Positions 31,627 through 38,478 of a stretch of 39,049 bases of DNA are shown here, one piece after another; the first letter of the stretch is position 1; each line of letters opens with the position of its first letter. The notes beneath the pieces were generated by a model. That model was not told the DNA's origin and searched no databases. It saw nothing but the letters and a program-made list of their open reading frames with translations. A program made the position numbers and the translations under genes. Location: IMG/VR virus record IMGVR_UViG_3300005260_000003, positions 1-39,049 of that record, one strand, 5' to 3'. This DNA comes from a virus.

Positions 31627-32076
31627 ATGAAGCAACACGTGGAACGTGTTCGAGCAGGCTCTCGGCTCACCGAGGAGCAGCGTCGAAACGGCGTGATCGA
31701 AGAGCGGCCCGGTTTTATTTACTATCTGCTCAGTGCGGACGGGTTGAGAGTCAAAATTGGCTACAGTTCCGATCTTGCGAATCGCCTCAACACACTCAAA
31801 AGGCAGTATCCAGGAGTGCGGTATTTGGGGCACACTATTGGCTCTCGTGCTTACGAGTTCTCAATTCATGAGCGCTTTGACTCGGCTCGGCGCAGTAAAC
31901 ACGAATGGTTTGAACTTACAGAGGAGTTGCGTTGGTTTATCACGAATGAGGGGCTGACATGCCTCCGGCCGCGTTTTTACGATGAGTTCCCTGAGATTGC
32001 GCGCCAGCCAGCCTGCGAATTCTTCACTACCAATTCCGATTCCGATCTACCGCCTCCGCTCGTCGACGTTTCGTGA
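31627..32076 (+). CDS. T5orf172 / GIY-YIG-like domain protein
   Basis: GFIYYLLSADGLRVKIGYSSDLANRLNTLKRQYP...EFSIHERFDSARRSKHEWFEL fits the T5orf172 (MUG113) pattern. Lower-GC island. Its 3' end overlaps the integrase 3' end by 50 nt. Confidence 0.8.
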   Translation: MKQHVERVRAGSRLTEEQRRNGVIEERPGFIYYLLSADGLRVKIGYSSDLANRLNTLKRQYPGVRYLGHTIGSRAYEFSIHERFDSARRSKHEWFELTEELRWFITNEGLTCLRPRFYDEFPEIARQPACEFFTTNSDSDLPPPLVDVS

Positions 32077-32614
32077 AGTGCATGTAGATTGCCGTGCTGG
32101 CGGCGTTTCGGTGTCCAAGCCAATCTTGGATAACTTCCGCGGTCTCGCCGCGCTCTGCTAGATGAGTTCCGCAGCTATGCTTCAGGGCGTGCATGTGCGC
32201 CTTTTGGGCATTGATCCCGGCAAGCTTGCAGTAGGTCTTCATCAGTTGATCGAGTCGGCGCCGGGTTATGCCGTTCCGGCCTTGTCTCGACGGGAATAGC
32301 GGACCAGGCGCGGATCCGCGAACCTTCAGCCATGCTTTGAGCGTGACCTGCTCCCGGTTCGTAAGCGCGTAATGTCTCTCGATGCTCCCTTTTCCCCTGG
32401 CGATAAAAAGATGGCCATCGCGCATCCTGTAATCGGCAAGGGTTAGCTTTCCGACCTCGTGCGCTCGCAGTCCCTTTTGGTAGGTAAGCGTGAAAATCGC
32501 GCGATCGCGCTTGGATTTGATGACGGATAACAGGCGCTCGACCTCATCCACATCGAGGTAATCGTACTCCTCGAGTTCGGTCCCTTTGGCTCGCTTCTTC
32601 TTTGTTTGCGCCAT
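32027..32614 (-). CDS. int: tyrosine recombinase/integrase, catalytic-domain-only (195 aa)
   Basis: Box I GLRAHEV, box II HALKHSCGTHL, then DWLGHRNAASTAIYMH with the nucleophile Tyr. No N-terminal SAM-like/arm-binding domain. Confidence 0.85.
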   Translation of the reverse strand: MAQTKKKRAKGTELEEYDYLDVDEVERLLSVIKSKRDRAIFTLTYQKGLRAHEVGKLTLADYRMRDGHLFIARGKGSIERHYALTNREQVTLKAWLKVRGSAPGPLFPSRQGRNGITRRRLDQLMKTYCKLAGINAQKAHMHALKHSCGTHLAERGETAEVIQDWLGHRNAASTAIYMHFTKRRRAEAVDRNRNW

Positions 32615-33207
32615 GTCTCGGCTCCTAGTTGCTCAGTCTAGCTAAGATTGGGCAACTGATCCGGTTTGAGGCTCTTTTTTCCCCACCTTTTTGTTTTGCA
32701 AAGGAACTTTATTCGACAGTAATGTGCAACTCGTGTTTACGCGTGTATTGGTTTTTTTGGCCTGTTTTCACGCTGACGCGGCTTAAAATGAGGTTCACAT
32801 GACCATAAAGCAACTCACGGCGGCGGCCGGCGAAGCTTTCACCCGCAGGACATTCAGCACCGCGACTGGACGTAAATGAAACGCCTCTTCGCGATCACTG
32901 GTTGGGAGTACAAGTGGATTTTTGAATATGAGCGCGGGCCGTTCCGTTCGTTCCGTCTTCAAGTGAGACGAGAGCTGAAACGTTGGCTCTGAACGCAGCC
33001 TCCACTCGTCGCCACCGTCGTCGTCGGCCGCCTCCGTCTCGCAGCGTGGCGCCGCGCCGCCGCTGGCGCCGGGGGCGCCGTTCGCGGCCCACTATTACAC
33101 GTTTTGCGCGGGTCTGAAACGCACTTTCGCGTCCGCGTCGCTTTCACGTCAACGCGTTACGCGCGCCACATTCGTCGAAATCCGCGCTAAAACAATACTT
33201 TTCGAAT

Positions 33208-33777
33208 ATGTTTGGGGGGATAATAGGGGTCAATTTGAGCGAAATCATGCCCGAATCGATCTTTTCGCGTCGCGATGCTCTCGTAGTGGAGCATCTCGCG
33301 CTCGTGCCGCCGATTGCGCGGCGCATCTCCCGTTCCTTACCGCCGTCCTTCGATCTCGATGACCTGATCGGGGCCGGCAATCTGGGTTTAGTCACGGCGG
33401 CGGCACGCTATCGGCCGGGGCTGCATGGCGGCACGCCATTTAGCGCGTATGCGCGGGTCGTCATCCGTGGCTTCATTTTGTCCAGCGTGCGCCGGGGGGC
33501 GTATGTTGAGGCAACGCGGCCGGCGCTGGGCGAGGTTCATGTGCTTCCTTCGACGGTGCCGGCTTTGGTCGAATCGATCGATCGCGGACGGCAACGCTGG
33601 CGGCTCGAGGTCGCGGTGGCGCGGCTCGAACCACGGCAGCGCGCGGCAGTCGAGCTGCACTACACCGAAGAGTTGCCGTTGCGCGAAGTGGCGGAGCGTT
33701 ACGGTGTGGGTCGCGCGCAGGCGAGCCGGTTACATGTGGCGGCAGTGAAGGTGTTGCGGGCGCGGCTCGTCGGATGA
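33208..33777 (+). CDS. sigma-70 family RNA polymerase sigma factor (regions 2 and 4 only; FliA/ECF-like)
   Basis: Region 2: DLIGAGNLGLVTAAARYRP...TPFSAYARVVIRGFI. Region 4: LEPRQRAAVELHYTEELPLREVAERYGVGRAQASRLHVAAVKVLR. An alternative start is at 33247. Confidence 0.85.
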   Translation: MFGGIIGVNLSEIMPESIFSRRDALVVEHLALVPPIARRISRSLPPSFDLDDLIGAGNLGLVTAAARYRPGLHGGTPFSAYARVVIRGFILSSVRRGAYVEATRPALGEVHVLPSTVPALVESIDRGRQRWRLEVAVARLEPRQRAAVELHYTEELPLREVAERYGVGRAQASRLHVAAVKVLRARLVG

Positions 33778-33981
33778 ATGGGCAACTTAGAGCCGGCTCG
33801 AGCGCAACTCGTGAGTGAATTGGCGGCAGCAATCAACAAGTTTTATGAAAAGACTGGGTTCTGTGTTGTCAAAATCGAAATAGCTGAAGGCATCACTTTT
33901 GAAATCCAATCGAAGGAATATTTCGATCAGCGCATGTTGAGTCGACGGAAACGTGCCGAGAAGGCGGCGCGGACGTCTTAG
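33778..33981 (+). CDS. hypothetical protein
   Basis: 67-aa ATG ORF with a TGAATG junction to the sigma gene. Lower GC. Confidence 0.5.
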   Translation: MGNLEPARAQLVSELAAAINKFYEKTGFCVVKIEIAEGITFEIQSKEYFDQRMLSRRKRAEKAARTS

Positions 33982-34166
33982 ACGCTCTGTAATTCCATCA
34001 ATAGCGACGGGAACGTGTCCAGCGGCTTCGCGCCGTGCAGCGCCACGCGCAGGCGCGCGATCTCGCTCAAGAGCACGAGGATGCGGTCACAGTTGCGGTG
34101 GTTCGCCGCGGTCATCTGGGCGAGCTCCAGTTTCAGCTTCGCGATCTCGCTTTGGGCAGGGTCCAC
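33978..34166 (-). CDS. small coiled-coil protein
   Basis: GTG start. High third-position GC by hand count. Sequence SEIAKLKLELAQMTAANHRNCDRILVLLSEIARLRVAL. Confidence 0.6.
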   Translation of the reverse strand: MDPAQSEIAKLKLELAQMTAANHRNCDRILVLLSEIARLRVALHGAKPLDTFPSLLMELQSV

Positions 34167-34320
34167 GCGAGGTAGTGGCGCGCCGGCGCGCTTCCTCTTC
34201 GAGTTCGTGTTCCCAGGCGTAGCGCGTCGCTTTGGCGCGGCGGTGAAACAACCAGGCGAAGGTGGGCGCGAGGATCAGGATCGCGAGGAAGGCGAAGACG
34301 AGGGCGAGGAGTTCGGCGAT
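34087..34320 (-). CDS. candidate single-pass membrane protein lacking a canonical start codon
   Basis: This frame opens right after TAATAA and reads (D)IAELLALVFAFLAILILAPTFAWLFHRRAKATRYAWEHELEEEARRRA with almost all G/C third positions. The only early candidate start is ATC (34320). Confidence 0.3.
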   Translation of the reverse strand: MAELLALVFAFLAILILAPTFAWLFHRRAKATRYAWEHELEEEARRRATTSRGPCPKRDREAETGARPDDRGEPPQL

Positions 34321-34481
34321 GTCTTATTATCGGTCGGCCGCGTGATCGCGAGCGCGGCGGGGCCATCGAGCACGCCGGCGAGTTCCACGAGCGCGTCTTC
34401 GGCGCGGATGCCGCTGTCGGGCTCGAGGTAGCGCGCGAGGATCTCCTGCGCGGCGCGGATCACGGCGGCTGCGTCAGCCAT
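34275..34481 (-). CDS. hypothetical protein
   Basis: ATG at 34481 overlaps the upstream stop (ATGGCTGA). The first ~50 aa look genuine. The tail TSPNSSPSSSPSSRS looks like out-of-frame reading of the overlapping TM ORF. Confidence 0.5.
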   Translation of the reverse strand: MADAAAVIRAAQEILARYLEPDSGIRAEDALVELAGVLDGPAALAITRPTDNKTSPNSSPSSSPSSRS

Positions 34482-34788
34482 GCTGCTCCTTCGCGCCAAC
34501 TTCTTCCTGTATGAATGCCAGATTCTTATAGCCTGCTTTGCAGTTAGGGCAGTAGAGTGAGCGAACGTGTTTCGCCCATACCTCGACGGCGACGTGCGAA
34601 AGGATATTTTCGAGCCATCGATGCTGGCATGCTCGACAGAGAAGCGGTTTGGCGACAACCGTGACGCCTAGCGCAGCGAAGCCGATCGGGGACGCGGGCG
34701 GCATTGGCTCGCCGCGCGGTTTCGCGATCGCCTCCGCGACTTCGCTCTGGATGCGCGCCTGGTCCGCGCGGCTGCGGCGGCGATTCAT
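34474..34788 (-). CDS. zinc-ribbon-like protein
   Basis: 104 aa with CRACQHRW...CPNCK Cys pairs. Coupled to its neighbours by overlaps. Confidence 0.7.
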   Translation of the reverse strand: MNRRRSRADQARIQSEVAEAIAKPRGEPMPPASPIGFAALGVTVVAKPLLCRACQHRWLENILSHVAVEVWAKHVRSLYCPNCKAGYKNLAFIQEEVGAKEQHG

Positions 34789-35006
34789 TGCGCGACCGCC
34801 TTCGCGTAATCCGATTCCGGGTACCGCTCACGCGCGGTGTGATCGAGCCACGCCGCGGCCTCGGCCGCGTTCTTCACGTTGGTCTCGGCGGCGAAGCCGT
34901 TCAGGCGATCGCCGAGTTTCACGTCGATCCCACCATCCCACAGGCACGATAACGAGTAATTGATCTCGCTCGCATACAGGCGGTCGAGCACTTCGTCGAG
35001 CGTCAT
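34785..35006 (-). CDS. hypothetical protein
   Basis: 73 aa, EINYSLSCLWDGGIDVKLGD...AAAWLDHTARERYPES, with ATGA-type coupling at both ends. Confidence 0.7.
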   Translation of the reverse strand: MTLDEVLDRLYASEINYSLSCLWDGGIDVKLGDRLNGFAAETNVKNAAEAAAWLDHTARERYPESDYAKAVAQ

Positions 35007-35659
35007 CCGCGGTACTCCTCGAGGCTCGCGCGCAGGATGCGGATCCCGCCGGGGCGCGTGGCGACTAGTTTATTCGCTTTCACGGCGGCGCGGATCGCGG
35101 CTGCGGGCAAACCGTACTGCGCGACGGCTTCGTCTAGTGTGAGCCACGGTTTCGCGCGTTCTTTTTGCTCAGCCCGTTCGGCGGCCGCTTGTTTTTGTTC
35201 GACCTCCCACCGTTCGCGTCGGTCTTCGTAGTACGCTTTGCGGCGTTCGTGCTCGGCTTCCTGTCCAGCTTTCATGAAGGCGAGGAATTGACCCACCATC
35301 TCAATATTGCCGACTGCTTTTTCTAGTCGAGCCTCAATTGTTCTGGTTTGCCGGTCGATCGCGCGGTGCGGCGCAATTTCCCGCGGCGCATTGCGCGCGC
35401 GGTGGGCCGCTTGCGGCGATGGCTTTGGGACTACGGGAACTAGCGCGCGGACGTCTTTGGCGTCGTAGACGCGGCCGGGACTAGTCCCAACACGTGTTAC
35501 GAGTTTCCATTTCAGGAGTCCCGCCTGGGCTAACTTTTGGACTGTTCGCTGCGATTTGCCAAGGGCATGCATAACCTGTTCGGTCGTCAGCCATTCTTCA
35601 TTCGGCAGTATAGTGATAGTTGTCTGTGTCAAACGTGGCGCCTCCATCGCGCCGCGCAA
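35003..35659 (-). CDS. DNA-binding protein with two excisionase/MerR-type HTH modules
   Basis: WLTTEQVMHALGKSQRTVQKLAQAG (N-terminal) and WLTLDEAVAQYGLPAAAIRAAVKANKL (C-terminal), separated by a charged helix. Start is TTG 35659 or ATG 35647. Confidence 0.8.
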   Translation of the reverse strand: MRGAMEAPRLTQTTITILPNEEWLTTEQVMHALGKSQRTVQKLAQAGLLKWKLVTRVGTSPGRVYDAKDVRALVPVVPKPSPQAAHRARNAPREIAPHRAIDRQTRTIEARLEKAVGNIEMVGQFLAFMKAGQEAEHERRKAYYEDRRERWEVEQKQAAAERAEQKERAKPWLTLDEAVAQYGLPAAAIRAAVKANKLVATRPGGIRILRASLEEYRG

Positions 35660-35786
35660 AGGGGCGAACGGGAATTCGCCCCATTACGTTCGCCTCAAAA
35701 ATACCACGCATCGGCTGGGGTGGCGAGCGCAAACCGTCCGCTATCCACTGCGGTCGTTAGCGGTCAATCGCGTTATCCTCGTTTTC

Positions 35787-36176
35787 GTGCTTCTCCTCGC
35801 GCAAACCGCGCTCTGGTGTGCCTGCGGCGGCTCGATCCTCCGCAATGGCCGCTGCGCGCGTTGCGATCGCCGGCAGCGCCTCTCGCGGGAACGCTTCGAA
35901 GGCCGGCGCGAGGAAACGCTCGAACGCGATGGTTACGCCTGCGTGCTCTGCGCGGGGATCGACGATCTCGTCGTGCATCACCGCTCGCCCAAACGCTACG
36001 TGACGCTGTGCCGCGCGCACCACGCCGCGGTGCATCATCGGTCGCGGCTCTGGTTCGGCGCCTCAGAGCGATTTCGCGAGTTGTGGCGGGAGCAGCATCG
36101 CGGGCAGGCCTGGCAGCTCGAGCTGCCGCTGGTCGAGGCCGCGGATCCGGCGCGCCAGATCTTCCTCGTCGCTTAA
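35787..36176 (+). CDS. small HNH nuclease (putative)
   Basis: CACGG...CARC...DGYACVLCAGIDDLVVHHRSPKRYVTLCRAHHAAVHH. GTG at 35787 chosen as start. It is the only plus-strand gene inside the leftward operon. Confidence 0.6.
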   Translation: MLLLAQTALWCACGGSILRNGRCARCDRRQRLSRERFEGRREETLERDGYACVLCAGIDDLVVHHRSPKRYVTLCRAHHAAVHHRSRLWFGASERFRELWREQHRGQAWQLELPLVEAADPARQIFLVA

Positions 36177-36463
36177 GCTCGTCGGGCTGGCCGTCGACGC
36201 GCCTTCTCGGTGCGTAGCAACTCTAGCTTCATCAGTAAGAACTCGATCTCGCTGTCTAGTTGCCGGTCGGGCCAATCGCGCATCAGCGCTTCGTAACGCG
36301 GTAACGAATAATTGAAGCGGATGCAAGCTTTGGCCTGTTCGCGGATGCACTCCCGGCAGCGTGGATCGAGTCCGTTCAAACGGCGCGGCGTCTTTCCAAA
36401 TTGGCCGCGTGGTAAATCACGTTGGCAGGTTATACAGACCACGAGGATTACTCTAGCGCTCAT
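36173..36463 (-). CDS. Cys-rich (zinc-ribbon-like) protein
   Basis: CITCQRDLP...DPRCRECI followed by a helical region. 96 aa. Confidence 0.65.
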   Translation of the reverse strand: MSARVILVVCITCQRDLPRGQFGKTPRRLNGLDPRCRECIREQAKACIRFNYSLPRYEALMRDWPDRQLDSEIEFLLMKLELLRTEKARRRPARRA

Positions 36464-36466
36464 CGC

Positions 36467-36742
36467 TTAGTCTTCGCTCGCGAGCGCTCGCAGTAGCGTC
36501 TGCCGGTCGGGGAGCGCGGGGCAGTCCCGTTTGTGGTTCCCGATCAACTCGCGCTCTTTGCCGTTCTGCCAGAGCTTGATCGTGCGGCGGCAGTAGCGGC
36601 AGATCACGAGCAGGCCGGCCTGGCGCAGCGCGGTCCGGATCGTTTGGTGCGGCACGCCATAGCGGAAGGCTAATTCGGCGGGGGTCCAGCCGGCGCGATA
36701 AAGACGCGCCATCTCGTCTCGGTCCATTTCCATCTCGGTCAC
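36467..36742 (-). CDS. HTH DNA-binding protein
   Basis: RLYRAGWTPAELAFRYGVPHQTIRTALRQAG (sigma region-4/resolvase-type HTH) followed by CRYC...C. Confidence 0.7.
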   Translation of the reverse strand: MTEMEMDRDEMARLYRAGWTPAELAFRYGVPHQTIRTALRQAGLLVICRYCRRTIKLWQNGKERELIGNHKRDCPALPDRQTLLRALASED

Positions 36743-36809
36743 TGTGCCGGCGCGGCCGCGCGGTTATTTGGCTCGGCTGCTCGCACGACGGCGCCGGCAA
36801 GCTGCGCCG

Positions 36810-37712
36810 CTAGGGCGCGGATTCTAAGATGCGGCGGCCGATCCATTCGGCGATCTGCGGCACGACCGCGTTACCTAAGCCCCTAAGTCGGTCCACCCGA
36901 TTGGGAATCCCATGAGCCACTCGACCCACGTCGGGTTCAACTGCCCACCAACTGCCGTCCTTAAATTCTCCCCGCCATCTCTCCCCGAACAGCCAGGACC
37001 CCCCATCCCATCGCTCTGCGTAGGCGTCGGCCACATCTTCACAACTGCTTCCAGGCCGACCTGAACTTTCTTCCCGTTGTGATACGCCGTACTGCCGCGC
37101 CAGTCCGTTACATGATGCAGTGTGCGGCCACCGTTCGGGACATTCGGAGTCGGCCACATCCTGTAATGGCTGTTCTGGTTTCCGCGTACCGCTTGAATCA
37201 GATCCCCACGTCCGCCTCGATCCGCATCCGAATGCTTGACAGTAGGCCACAATAAAGACCCTGTCCCGGATATGCGGGGCACCAAAGGCCGCTGCCGGTA
37301 AGCATTGCCATTCCGCGTCATACCCGCTCTCGGCCAACTCTCCGAGTACGCGGCCCATTCCTCGAGCAAGCAGCGCTGATACGTTCTCCACGACGACGAG
37401 TCGCGGTCGAACCATGCGAATGACTCGAAGCATTTCCCGCCAGAGTCCGGATCGCTCTCCCTCAATTCCGGCTCCTGCACCTGCGTAGCTGATGTCCTGA
37501 CAGGGGAATCCGCCGGCGATGAGATCGACTCGTTCCAACTCTCTTCCATCAACTCGGGTAATGTCGCCATATCTCTTTACGTTCGGCCAGTGCTTCGCCA
37601 ACACTTTCTGGCAGTAGGGATCGATCTCCACCTGCCACTTACACTCCATCCCGGCGCGCTCGAGTCCTAGGTCGATGCCGCCGATCCCGCTGAACAAACT
37701 CCCGAACGTCAT
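36810..37712 (-). CDS. dcm: DNA (cytosine-5)-methyltransferase
   Basis: Motif I LFSGIGG, IV GGFPCQDIS, VI VVVENV, VIII GAPHIRDRVFIVA, X LGNAVVPQIAEWIG, all in one 300-codon frame. Confidence 0.9.
   Translation of the reverse strand: MTFGSLFSGIGGIDLGLERAGMECKWQVEIDPYCQKVLAKHWPNVKRYGDITRVDGRELERVDLIAGGFPCQDISYAGAGAGIEGERSGLWREMLRVIRMVRPRLVVVENVSALLARGMGRVLGELAESGYDAEWQCLPAAAFGAPHIRDRVFIVAYCQAFGCGSRRTWGSDSSGTRKPEQPLQDVADSECPERWPHTASCNGLARQYGVSQREESSGRPGSSCEDVADAYAERWDGGSWLFGERWRGEFKDGSWWAVEPDVGRVAHGIPNRVDRLRGLGNAVVPQIAEWIGRRILESAP
36875..37570 (-). CDS. 231-codon ORF nested in another frame of dcm (overprinted gene, recoded TRD or chance ORF)
   Basis: Contains three (L/M)WPT(P/V) units and LNPTWVEWLMGFPIGWT, which resemble TRD and motif-IX regions of phage m5C methylases. 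Third-position GC is at least as high as in the dcm frame across the overlap. Confidence 0.35.
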   Translation of the reverse strand: MATLPELMEESWNESISSPADSPVRTSATQVQEPELRESDPDSGGKCFESFAWFDRDSSSWRTYQRCLLEEWAAYSESWPRAGMTRNGNAYRQRPLVPRISGTGSLLWPTVKHSDADRGGRGDLIQAVRGNQNSHYRMWPTPNVPNGGRTLHHVTDWRGSTAYHNGKKVQVGLEAVVKMWPTPTQSDGMGGPGCSGRDGGENLRTAVGGQLNPTWVEWLMGFPIGWTDLGA

Positions 37713-37993
37713 GTTCCCGTCTTCACGTCCGCGAGTGGATCCGCGACGGGGTACGCTACGCGCACCAGGCCCGGCGAGACCTGGGCCATGCGCGGATAAC
37801 GCCGCAATACCAGCGCTGCGGCGTCGCGTGCGCTCATGCCGTGGACGTTCCGGAGGCAGAGGCCATAGAACGCCGCGAGGCCCGCGTAACGGTCGGGATC
37901 GCGCTCTAGTGATTGCTCGGGTCGCGATAGTGAGCGTAGCCGCGAAACTCCGCGAGGCTCCATTCCTTCTCGGGCGTCGTCGTGTGAATCCAT
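37709..37993 (-). CDS. hypothetical protein
   Basis: High GC3 from ..RDPDRYAGLAAFYGLCL.. onward. Its stop overlaps the dcm start (ATGA). The start is uncertain (37993 or 37963) and overlaps the upstream gene. Confidence 0.55.
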   Translation of the reverse strand: MDSHDDAREGMEPRGVSRLRSLSRPEQSLERDPDRYAGLAAFYGLCLRNVHGMSARDAAALVLRRYPRMAQVSPGLVRVAYPVADPLADVKTGT

Positions 37994-38145
37994 AGCAGCA
38001 GCTCCTCGATCGGTATGTGGTTCGTTTCCGCGATCGCGATCAAGCTATAGGCGCGCTCCTGCAGCTCGACCGGGTCCGCGCCAGGCACTTCGTCGGCGAG
38101 CGCGGCCGCGACGGTCTCGAGCGAATAGGCGCGCAGCTCGGTCAT
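37906..38145 (-). CDS. hypothetical protein
   Basis: 79-aa ATG ORF with ATGA coupling to the upstream gene. Confidence 0.7.
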   Translation of the reverse strand: MTELRAYSLETVAAALADEVPGADPVELQERAYSLIAIAETNHIPIEELLLWIHTTTPEKEWSLAEFRGYAHYRDPSNH

Positions 38146-38474
38146 GTCCCGGCGCCTCGTGCTTCTTCTTCGTCGAGTGACAACTCTCCGTTCGTTCTGG
38201 CTTTGTAGTCGGCGATCATCTCTCGGATGATTCGCTTCCCGTTCTCCGGCATGTTGGGCGAGGCCTGCATGTCGCGTAGGGCGTCGACGCTGTCCCGGTT
38301 GACGAGCTCGGCGAACGGATCCGGGTCCACTTTTTCGATTTGCGCGTGTATCCCGAGCGCGTTCTCGATTTGCTCCGCTATTTTGGCGCGGACTGCATTC
38401 ATCGCGGCGTTGTACGCGGTCAATTGGACATGAATAAACTCGCGCATTTGTTCGTCGGTTGGGAGGTTGGGCAT
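38142..38474 (-). CDS. hypothetical protein
   Basis: ATG at 38474 is preceded by GGAGGATGAATCC (a good RBS). 110 aa, acidic and helical. Confidence 0.7.
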   Translation of the reverse strand: MPNLPTDEQMREFIHVQLTAYNAAMNAVRAKIAEQIENALGIHAQIEKVDPDPFAELVNRDSVDALRDMQASPNMPENGKRIIREMIADYKARTNGELSLDEEEARGAGT

Positions 38475-38478
38475 GGAT

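Noticed and set aside
32615-33207. Small ORFs (62-83 aa, minus strand) and possible tRNA fragment in the int-sigma intergenic region
   Set aside because: The ORFs are Arg/Pro-rich and lack starts with RBS. I could not find a T-arm/acceptor-like GGTTCGAATCC..CCA sequence by eye. The region is treated as non-coding putative attP.
35757-36038. 93-aa minus-strand ORF
   Set aside because: It is antisense to the putative HNH gene and has no motifs. The plus frame carries the Cys/His pattern.
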